This document shows, one piece after another, positions 9,738 to 19,484 of a stretch of 40,742 bases of DNA. The notes under the pieces were generated by a model. It was not told where the DNA came from. It made no database searches and saw nothing but the letters and a program-made list of their open reading frames with translations. Both the position numbers and the translations under genes were made by a program. The stretch lies in the sequence record SRR22947727_348; one strand, 5' to 3'. Positions within the stretch are counted from its first letter, which is position 1. Each line of letters begins with the position of its first letter.

Positions 9738-10708
9738 CCGCGGGCTTTTCGGAAAACCTGATCAATCATCCGTTGCGTGCCTTGTGAAAACTCTAACGGA
9801 CAAGGATAATCTTCCCCCTCATGAAGGCTGGCCTGAAACGCTTCAAGCTGGCGAGTATAATGATTCTCATTTGGAAAGCGCTTCACGTGTTTCGCCTCGC
9901 CCCCTTGGTGTAGTTCAACCTCTGCCTGTCCAAAAACCTGCGGATTGAAAGGCGCCGTAAGGCGAATAAACCCACTGGTTCCATGAAAGTTCATTTCCTG
10001 CCGCGCATCCATACGCATTGATGTCACGCCCATAAACCGAAAGCCGGGAAATTGCGCAGTGACGCCAGCCCAAACATCTACTCCGTTTTCCCACGTTATC
10101 GTGGCGTCCAAAATCGCCTCAGGCTCTTGTCCGGTGACATAGCGCGCACTGCCAAATGTATAAACGCCGATATCGGGCAAACTGCCACCACCCGTATCCG
10201 GGCGGTTGCGAATATTAGCCACATCTTCTGCATTATTATACGAAAATACGCCATCGACCTGTACCAGATCCCCGATCACACCGCTTTCAAAAAGTGCCTT
10301 TGCATATTGCCATTGTGGATGATGAACGATCATATAGGCTTCGACCAGCATCAAACCCGCGCTATCGCGCAGCGCTATAAGCTCATCAATGTCCGACGCC
10401 TGCATCGCGATTGGTTTCTCGCATAAAACATGCTTGCCAGCGCCAATGGCTTTTTTGACCCATGCCACATGCAGATGGTTGGGTAAGGGAATATAGACCG
10501 CATCAATATCAGGGTCGTTCAAAACGGCGTCGTAGCTGCTATGCACTTTCAGGCCAGGGGCCAGCGCTTTGAAAGGCGCCGCTTTTGCACCATCCGACGT
10601 GCCAAGCGCCACCAATTCTGTGTTGCGGGCCAATTGCATCGCCGGCGCCATATGCTGTTTGGCGAAATGAGCCGCCCCCAATATTCCCCAGCGCACTGTC
10701 TTCGTCAT
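9734..10708 (-). CDS. Gfo/Idh/MocA family oxidoreductase
   Basis: WGILGAA, AVYIPLPNHLH, KHVLCEKP and GGGSLPDIGVY. Confidence 0.92.
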   Translation of the reverse strand: MTKTVRWGILGAAHFAKQHMAPAMQLARNTELVALGTSDGAKAAPFKALAPGLKVHSSYDAVLNDPDIDAVYIPLPNHLHVAWVKKAIGAGKHVLCEKPIAMQASDIDELIALRDSAGLMLVEAYMIVHHPQWQYAKALFESGVIGDLVQVDGVFSYNNAEDVANIRNRPDTGGGSLPDIGVYTFGSARYVTGQEPEAILDATITWENGVDVWAGVTAQFPGFRFMGVTSMRMDARQEMNFHGTSGFIRLTAPFNPQVFGQAEVELHQGGEAKHVKRFPNENHYTRQLEAFQASLHEGEDYPCPLEFSQGTQRMIDQVFRKARG

Positions 10709-10769
10709 TTCATATTCTCCCGATTGCCTTTTCCTTCAGGCTAGCGGGTTTTAGCAATGCACAAAAGCC

Positions 10770-11666
10770 CTAGACGGCGCTGAGCATGCCTTTGTCATGG
10801 GCAAGCCGTCGCATTTCCTGTTGCAACTTTTCAAATGCGCGCACTTCAATCTGGCGAATGCGTTCTCGGCTTACGCTATATTCTTCGCTCAAATCTTCCA
10901 ACGTGATTGATTGCTCATCAAGCCGGCGTTTGATCAAAATATCTTTCTCACGCGGGTTTAACACTTCCATCGCTTGCTCAAGCATGGCGCGACGCAGCTC
11001 TAGCTCATCTTTGGCCTCATAATCGCCCGCTTGATCCGCGTCTTCATCTTCCAGCCAATCCTGCCATTGCATCGAGCCTTCGCCATCAGCCCCGATTTGT
11101 ACGTTCAAAGAGGCATCTCCGCCGGACAGACGGCGGTTCATATTCACCACCTCCTCTTCGCTGACGCCCAAATCTGTTGCAATTTTATGCACTTTATCGG
11201 GATGCATATCCCCATCTTCCAGCGCGCCGATACGCGACTTGGCTTTGCGAAGGTTAAAAAACAACTTCTTCTGCGCGCTTGTGGTGCCCATTTTTACCAA
11301 AGACCAGCTGCGCAAAATATATTCTTGAATGCTCGCCCTTATCCACCACATGGCGTAGGTGGCAAGACGAAACCCCTTTTCAGGATCAAAGCGCTTTACG
11401 GCCTGCATCAAACCAACATTGGCCTCTGAAATCACTTCTGCCTGCGGCAACCCATAGCCGCGGTAGCCCATGGCGATTTTTGCCGCCAGCCGCAAATGCG
11501 AGGTCACCATTTTATGCGCAGCTTGTGTATCCTGTTTTTCCACCCAACGTTTGCCCAGCATATATTCTTCTTCATGCTCAAGCATTGGAAATTTACGGAT
11601 CTCTTGCAAATATCGGCTCAAACCCCCTTCTGGGGTTGGGGCGGGAAGGTTAGAATAATTTGCCAT
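10770..11666 (-). CDS. rpoH: Heat-shock sigma factor RpoH
   Basis: RpoH box QKKLFFNLR, region 2 RLATYAMWWIRA and region 4 SRERIRQIE. Confidence 0.97.
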   Translation of the reverse strand: MANYSNLPAPTPEGGLSRYLQEIRKFPMLEHEEEYMLGKRWVEKQDTQAAHKMVTSHLRLAAKIAMGYRGYGLPQAEVISEANVGLMQAVKRFDPEKGFRLATYAMWWIRASIQEYILRSWSLVKMGTTSAQKKLFFNLRKAKSRIGALEDGDMHPDKVHKIATDLGVSEEEVVNMNRRLSGGDASLNVQIGADGEGSMQWQDWLEDEDADQAGDYEAKDELELRRAMLEQAMEVLNPREKDILIKRRLDEQSITLEDLSEEYSVSRERIRQIEVRAFEKLQQEMRRLAHDKGMLSAV

Positions 11667-11698
11667 CAGTTACCTCATACACGCATCTTATGCGTAAG

Positions 11699-11727
11699 AG
11701 ATAAGAGCCGGGCTTTGGTATTTCAAG
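11699..11727 (-). promoter_or_regulatory. Putative RpoH-type promoter of rpoH
   Basis: Minus strand CTTGAA-N16-CTTATCT resembles the alphaproteobacterial RpoH consensus CTTGAA-N15/16-CCTAT(A/C)T. Confidence 0.55.
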
Positions 11728-11808
11728 ATCAGGGCCAGCGCTTCTGGAAAAGTTTACAGAAAAAAATAACGGCAAAGCCAAGCCAGTCGCGCTGGCGACC
11801 CCACGCCT

Positions 11809-12840
11809 TTAGCCATCCTCTTCCAACGCCTCTAGAAGGGTTTTGAAATCGGTGGGATATGGCGCTTCAAAACGCATATTCTCGCCGGAAACCGGGTGTT
11901 CAAAACCCAAAACAGCCGCATGCAAAGCCTGCCGTGAAAAACCACTTACCAGGGCCAAACTGGCCTCAGACAAGGCTTTTTTTCCAATCTTTCGCCGGCC
12001 ACCATAAATCGGATCTCCCAATAGGCCGTGGCCAGTATGCGCCAGATGCACGCGAATCTGATGCGTGCGCCCGGTTTCAAGCCGGCATTCAATCAACGAA
12101 AGGGTCGCAGGGCATCCAAAGCTTGCCAGCAATCGCGACCGGGTTACGGCATGGCGGCCACCTTCAAAAAACACCGCTTGACGCTGGCGGTCGGTGCGAT
12201 GGCGGGCCAGATGCGTAGTGATTTTCATCACATTTCCCGCTTCAAAATTTACCCCGCGCACCCCTCTTAACCGGGGCTCATTGGCATCTGGCACCCCGTA
12301 ACAAATCGCGCGATAAGCCCGCTCCACTTTGTGCAATTCAAATTGTTTGGCCAAACCGTGATGCGCCTTATCCGATTTCGCAACCACCAAAAGCCCGGAT
12401 GTGTCCTTATCAATGCGATGCACGATGCCCGGGCGCTTTTCGCCGCCAATGCCCGACAGGCTATCGGCGCAGTGATACAACAAAGCATGCACCAGCGTAC
12501 CGGTTGGCGATCCGGGCGCGGGATGAACGACCATCCCGGCGGGTTTATCAATCACGATCAGCGCGTCATCTTCATAGACCACGCGCAAAGGAATATTTTC
12601 GGGCGTTAAATTGAGCTCGGCAGCGCAGGGAAGTTCAATCTGAACCTGCGCCCCTTCCACAACTTTGGCTTTTGGATTGTTTTGTGGCGCCAGATTGATC
12701 CGAACCGCACCTGCCAGAATCAAACGCGTTAAATATGTACGGGAAAGTTCAGCCTGCGCTGGTGCATCGCGAAAAAGCGCTTTATCAAGGCGCTGAGGAG
12801 GGTCCGCTGCGATCTGAAATTCAATAAGGGTAGTCGTCAT
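11809..12840 (-). CDS. rluD: RluA-family 23S rRNA pseudouridine synthase RluD
   Basis: N-terminal S4-like region, DKPAGMVVHP, VHRIDKDTSGL, ETGRTHQIRVH and RQALHA; the rluD-rpoH linkage is typical. Confidence 0.92.
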   Translation of the reverse strand: MTTTLIEFQIAADPPQRLDKALFRDAPAQAELSRTYLTRLILAGAVRINLAPQNNPKAKVVEGAQVQIELPCAAELNLTPENIPLRVVYEDDALIVIDKPAGMVVHPAPGSPTGTLVHALLYHCADSLSGIGGEKRPGIVHRIDKDTSGLLVVAKSDKAHHGLAKQFELHKVERAYRAICYGVPDANEPRLRGVRGVNFEAGNVMKITTHLARHRTDRQRQAVFFEGGRHAVTRSRLLASFGCPATLSLIECRLETGRTHQIRVHLAHTGHGLLGDPIYGGRRKIGKKALSEASLALVSGFSRQALHAAVLGFEHPVSGENMRFEAPYPTDFKTLLEALEEDG

Positions 12841-13135
12841 GGAGCAACCTACAGAGCCTGAAAATAAGGTGCCGCATCTCGATTATTTGCGGCGTCTGGT
12901 GACACTGCTAAGCGCCACGATGATTGGCGGAATGATAATCTTAATCATCTTGTTTGTCATTCGTTTTCAGCAAGATATACTGAACGTTCCCCCAGAAATT
13001 ACGCTGCCCAGCGGCGTCACACCAATTGCGTTCACGCAAACCCGCGACTGGTATGCTGTGGTGACGCAAGAGAATAAAATCTTACTTTTCACACCCAAAG
13101 GCAAACTGTTCCAAACCGTTGAGATCACCCAGTAG
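12839..13135 (+). CDS. Small single-pass membrane protein (DUF6476-like)
   Basis: LRRLVTLLSATMIGGMIILIILFVIRF TM helix, then ITLPSG..AFTQTRDWYAVVT; family assignment is from recall. Confidence 0.7.
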   Translation: MEQPTEPENKVPHLDYLRRLVTLLSATMIGGMIILIILFVIRFQQDILNVPPEITLPSGVTPIAFTQTRDWYAVVTQENKILLFTPKGKLFQTVEITQ

Positions 13136-13149
13136 CGCGTCTGCTTCGG

Positions 13150-14058
13150 CTAATCTGCCAGCGCTGTTTGAAACTCGCGCCATTCACCAGCGCTCATCCC
13201 AGAATTTTCCTGCGTGACCGCCTCGCCTCTGAGCATCCGCCGCACGCAATCCAGCGCAGTGCTTGAGAGCGTTGCACCGCCCATACGATAATCTTCAAAC
13301 GCCCGATATGCGAAAGGCACCCAATCGGCCACCAGTTTACAAATTTCATCCGCATAGACGCGGATTTCATATTGCGCATGCGCATCAGCGCGCAGACGTA
13401 AAAAGTGCAAAAGGTTGTGCAAATCCACCTTCCAATACCATTGCGTATAAATATTCGCAGGCAAATTCATACGCGCCAATTCTCTGGCCAAGCCATCCTG
13501 ACCATCCTGAGAAATCATTTCTTCATAATGATCATAGGCGCGCATCGCATCATCGCGCAGATAACGCAGTACCCGCTCGGCTTCTTGCCCAGTGAGCGCC
13601 GCGCCGCGCCCCTGATTGTTCACCACCGATTGCGATGCAAGGGATTCGGGCGCAGGAATGTAAAATTCGCGGTCCAAAATAGAATAGCGGGCCGAATATT
13701 CGTTCACATTGGCCGTGCGATGTCGGATCCATTGACGCGCCACAAAAACCGGCAGCTTCACATGCAGCTTCACCTCGCACATTTCAAAAGGCGTTGAGTG
13801 CCAATGCCGCATCAAATAGCGCACAAGCCCTTCATCATTTTGAACCGATTTGGTGCCTTTGCCGTAGCTCACCCGCGCCGCTTGGCAAATCGCCGCATCA
13901 TCGCCCATGTAATCGATCACGCGCACAAACCCGTGATCTAGCACGGGATAAGCAGTGTATAGGTGATCCTCCATCCCCTGACTGACAGCCCTTAAAGTCG
14001 GCTGCGTATGGCGGCGCTGTTCCGCGATTTCCGCCTGCTGATCGGGTGAAAGGGGCAT
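13150..14058 (-). CDS. thyX: FAD-dependent thymidylate synthase ThyX
   Basis: AARVSY, HSTPFE, ThyX motif [22 protein letters not shown] and HAQYEIR. Confidence 0.97.
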   Translation of the reverse strand: MPLSPDQQAEIAEQRRHTQPTLRAVSQGMEDHLYTAYPVLDHGFVRVIDYMGDDAAICQAARVSYGKGTKSVQNDEGLVRYLMRHWHSTPFEMCEVKLHVKLPVFVARQWIRHRTANVNEYSARYSILDREFYIPAPESLASQSVVNNQGRGAALTGQEAERVLRYLRDDAMRAYDHYEEMISQDGQDGLARELARMNLPANIYTQWYWKVDLHNLLHFLRLRADAHAQYEIRVYADEICKLVADWVPFAYRAFEDYRMGGATLSSTALDCVRRMLRGEAVTQENSGMSAGEWREFQTALAD

Positions 14059-14089
14059 TTGACGAATCCTTTTAACTGCTCAAGTGCTC

Positions 14090-14136
14090 CTACTATATCT
14101 TGAGGTTAGCAAACAAAAAACCGCGATATGAAGGAG
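14090..14136. promoter_or_regulatory. Tandem NrdR-type boxes upstream of thyX
   Basis: ctaCTATATCTTGagg (14090-14105) and the degenerate ccgCGATATGAAGgag (14121-14136), 31 bp apart, against the consensus acaCwAtATaTwGtgt. Confidence 0.65.
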
Positions 14137-14304
14137 ATTTCAGAAAAACACTGCGGAAATGGTCAAAAAATCAGCTTACAGCCGCTTGCGTGGGCCTCGC
14201 ATTGGAAAATTTAAATGACTTCTGCCTTAAACACGGCGATTGCCTCTAGACAGAGGCCGCTGTCATGATAGCGTTAAAGGATTAATCAAATAAAGGAGTT
14301 ACGC

Positions 14305-14733
14305 ATGGGCACGCGGTATTTACATACGATGGTTCGGGTCAAAGACCTTGATAAATCAATCGCATTTTTCAAATTACTGGGGTTGGTTCAAACGCGGCGC
14401 TCGGATTATGAGAAGGGTCGGTTTTCCTTAGTCTTCATGGCGCCCGAGGGCCAAGAAGATTGCCCGGTCGAGTTGACTTATAATTGGGATGGCGATGAAG
14501 GATTGCCAAGCGACAGCAGGCATTTTGGCCATTTGGCGTATTTGGTGGATAATATTTATGACATGTGCCAGTATTTGCAGGAGAATGGCGTTGTGATCAA
14601 CCGGCCCCCGCGGGATGGCCATATGGCCTTTGTGCGCTCGCCCGATAATATCTCGGTGGAACTGCTGCAAAAGGGCGATGCGCTGCCGTCCGCTGAGCCG
14701 TGGGTGTCTATGGGCAATACCGGCCATTGGTAA
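14305..14733 (+). CDS. gloA: Lactoylglutathione lyase (glyoxalase I, VOC family)
   Basis: YLHTMVRV, ELTYNW, FGHLA and AFVRSPDNISVELLQ; AAGGAG RBS. Confidence 0.92.
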   Translation: MGTRYLHTMVRVKDLDKSIAFFKLLGLVQTRRSDYEKGRFSLVFMAPEGQEDCPVELTYNWDGDEGLPSDSRHFGHLAYLVDNIYDMCQYLQENGVVINRPPRDGHMAFVRSPDNISVELLQKGDALPSAEPWVSMGNTGHW

Positions 14734-14825
14734 ACGCCGCTCATCCAACAAAATAACGGAACCAAATTCTACGGTGCTGGAGCACAATCATATTCGGTGT
14801 GCCCCTCATTTGGGGGGCCACAGGA

Positions 14826-15323
14826 TCAATAAATATAACGGATTTGATCTTTCCAAAAGCGCTCAACCCGTTTTAAAATATGGGAAATATCCATCACTGA
14901 TTGCGCCTCAAGCGTATTGCCTTCAATCAAGCCTTGCGCATGACGGGCAAATAAACGCGCAATGATATCGCGGATATTTTGGCCGCGTTGCGTCAGGCCG
15001 ACGCGGACCGCCCGCCGATCAATCCGGCAACGCTGGTGATGCATATAGCCAATATCAACCAGTTTTTTCAGATTGTAACTGACATTGCTACCTTGATAAT
15101 AGCCGCGCGATTTCAACTCGCCGGCGGACACTTCATTTTCACCGATATTGAACAGCAAAAGGCCTTGAACCGCGTTGATGTCAAAAATATCCAATCGTTC
15201 AAATTCATCCTTGATCACATCGAGCAGCAAGCGGTGCAAGCGCTCAACCAAACATAATGTGTCAAGATAATTGCTCATAAACAGCGCTTGTTTGCTGGCC
15301 TCAACCGGGGTTGGACTGTTCAT
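14826..15323 (-). CDS. ldtR: MarR-family regulator, LdtR-like
   Basis: ERLHRLLLDVIKDEF and ELKSRGYYQGSNVSYNLKKL match the conserved alphaproteobacterial LdtR family. Confidence 0.82.
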   Translation of the reverse strand: MNSPTPVEASKQALFMSNYLDTLCLVERLHRLLLDVIKDEFERLDIFDINAVQGLLLFNIGENEVSAGELKSRGYYQGSNVSYNLKKLVDIGYMHHQRCRIDRRAVRVGLTQRGQNIRDIIARLFARHAQGLIEGNTLEAQSVMDISHILKRVERFWKDQIRYIY

Positions 15324-15399
15324 GAAAAAACTCCACCATCAAATCAAAATCACTGCCAGTCTGGCTTCTAAGTCCAAACAATCCGTTAAAGGGATGACT

Positions 15400-15666
15400 C
15401 TAACCGCGGGCCTGCCCGATAAACGCTTGAATATCTTCAATCATTTCTGAAATGCGGGGGGGGCTAGGCGCTTGCCCACAGACCCATTGATACAAATCCT
15501 GATCATTTTCATTTAACAAATCTTCGTAACAATCCAGGCTCGCTGCGTCAAAAACAGCCAATTTTGCCTGCGCATAACGCGACAAAATCAAATCCATTTC
15601 TTTGATACCACGGCGCATCGATCGCATCTGCAATCGCTTTAAGCGAATGGCTGGCAATTCGCTCAT
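15400..15666 (-). CDS. sdhE: Succinate dehydrogenase flavinylation factor SdhE/Sdh5
   Basis: RSMRRGIKEMDLIL (RGxxE motif) and ENDQDLYQW. Confidence 0.92.
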   Translation of the reverse strand: MSELPAIRLKRLQMRSMRRGIKEMDLILSRYAQAKLAVFDAASLDCYEDLLNENDQDLYQWVCGQAPSPPRISEMIEDIQAFIGQARG

Positions 15667-16058
15667 CGCGGCGTCCCCAACACCGTTGGAAGCCGTTTTT
15701 CCAGCTGCTCCAAACGCTCTACCGAACCTGCCAAAATTTCTTTCAAATCTTTTATATCACTCATTACTTGGGCCAGTTCTGGGGCGGGTTGAGGCATATC
15801 ATCCGGGGCCAGAACCCCCTCCCCCTCGCCGGTTAAAAGCCAAATCAAAGACACGTTTAAAACCCCAGCGATCATCGACAGCTTATTTGAGCGCGGCTCT
15901 GAGCTGTCATTTTCCCAGCTTTTTAGCGTTTTCAACCTAACACCAAGATGTTTGCTCAACTGCTGCTGGCTCAGTTGCGCCGCATCACGCGCCGCCGCCA
16001 GCCGATCGCCAAACGTGGCGATATGGCCACCATACCAGTCTGTTGCCAAATCCGTCAT
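15663..16058 (-). CDS. XRE-family helix-turn-helix protein
   Basis: TFGDRLAAAR..LSQQQLSKHLGV..WENDSSEPR..LNVSLIWLLTGEG plus a C-terminal coiled coil. The real start is ATG 16058; ATGA overlap with sdhE. Confidence 0.88.
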   Translation of the reverse strand: MTDLATDWYGGHIATFGDRLAAARDAAQLSQQQLSKHLGVRLKTLKSWENDSSEPRSNKLSMIAGVLNVSLIWLLTGEGEGVLAPDDMPQPAPELAQVMSDIKDLKEILAGSVERLEQLEKRLPTVLGTPR

Positions 16059-16137
16059 AGGTTTTCCTAACATTTTGATGGGCGCTTGAAGGCCTCGCAG
16101 CGGCACCCTATGGTATATCAATCTTAAGTTCAAATAG

Positions 16138-18714
<2,577 letters not shown>

Positions 18715-18918
18715 GTCAACCTCCTGCACCTTGATAGGCCATAGGGCCGCAGCAGCAAGCTTTAAATCGCCACCCGCGTCGGCAGCCTTCAGACACAGCG
18801 ATTGCCCGCTTGCAAAAGAACAATACCCAAAGCTATTACGCAAAATTTCTGAAACATTTCACCAGGCAAGTTTTCAAGGCAGATTCTCAAGACAGGTCAA
18901 ATTTGCAAGGCCGATGTA

Positions 18919-19078
18919 GCCCAAACAGGGAGGCAATTTGTATTTATTCTCTGTTTGGGCCACGACACAACCGGCAAGGTGAGCGAAATACCGGCCGCCA
19001 TTACTCGCCCTGCCTTGCTCTTCCCGCCATGAAGAGCCTGCAACACCAACATGCTCTCTCATTCAAATAATGAGGGAG
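18919..19078. ncRNA. Candidate structured sRNA (four tandem hairpins)
   Basis: Stems at 18919-18960, 18973-19014, 19017-19037 and 19054-19078; two loops share CCGCCAT. Family not recognised. Confidence 0.4.
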
Positions 19079-19160
19079 GATTAATCAGAATGCGCCACAA
19101 AGCTGAGCAGTTATATACCTTCACCATCTGTTAAAAGGCACATTTGTCTTTTGTTTGAAA

Positions 19161-19248
19161 CCTCAAAATATTTCTCATTATTTAACTTTATCCTGACAAA
19201 TTATTTTAAAAATAAAAGTGAATAAATAATAAAATCCTCAAAATATTT
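19161..19248. repeat. 13-bp direct repeat CCTCAAAATATTT in an AT-rich tract
   Basis: Exact copies at 19161-19173 and 19236-19248. Confidence 0.8.
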
Positions 19249-19484
19249 AAACTTTAATGATCAATAAAAAACGTTTTGACGCAAAGTAGCGTCAGGGACG
19301 CTACAACCCGCACAATCATGTCACAAAACCGTATTATGCCAAAACTGTAACGATACAGATTTTTACCAAACCCAGCTTTCCGTGCAGCTTCCCTAAACCC
19401 CTATGCACGGAAAAGCCGACTCAATTATCTGCATGAGCTCTTTCCCTAGACCCGTCAAAATGACATAGTGTTTAAAAAAGAATA

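Noticed and set aside
16085..16112. RpoH-like promoter (CTTGAA-N16-CCTATG) before the aspartate aminotransferase gene
   Set aside because: The -10 match is partial and fits an ordinary sigma70 promoter equally well.
18810..19070. 86-aa (+) and 62-aa (-) ORFs in the MATE-parE gap
   Set aside because: No RBS or recognisable motif; they overlap the hairpin array and look like chance ORFs.
19141..19280. Replication origin (AT-rich tract with 13-mers)
   Set aside because: No convincing DnaA boxes (TTATCCACA) or CtrA TTAA-N7-TTAA sites, and no origin-linked genes.
19317..19344. dif-like site (CATGTCACAAA-ACCGTA-TTATGCCAAAA) near parE
   Set aside because: Only the TTATG core of the XerD arm matches, the XerC arm is poor, and no switch in strand bias is apparent across it.
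18730..19484. CRISPR array or known riboswitch in the long intergenic region
   Set aside because: No regularly spaced identical repeats, no cas genes and no recognisable aptamer consensus.
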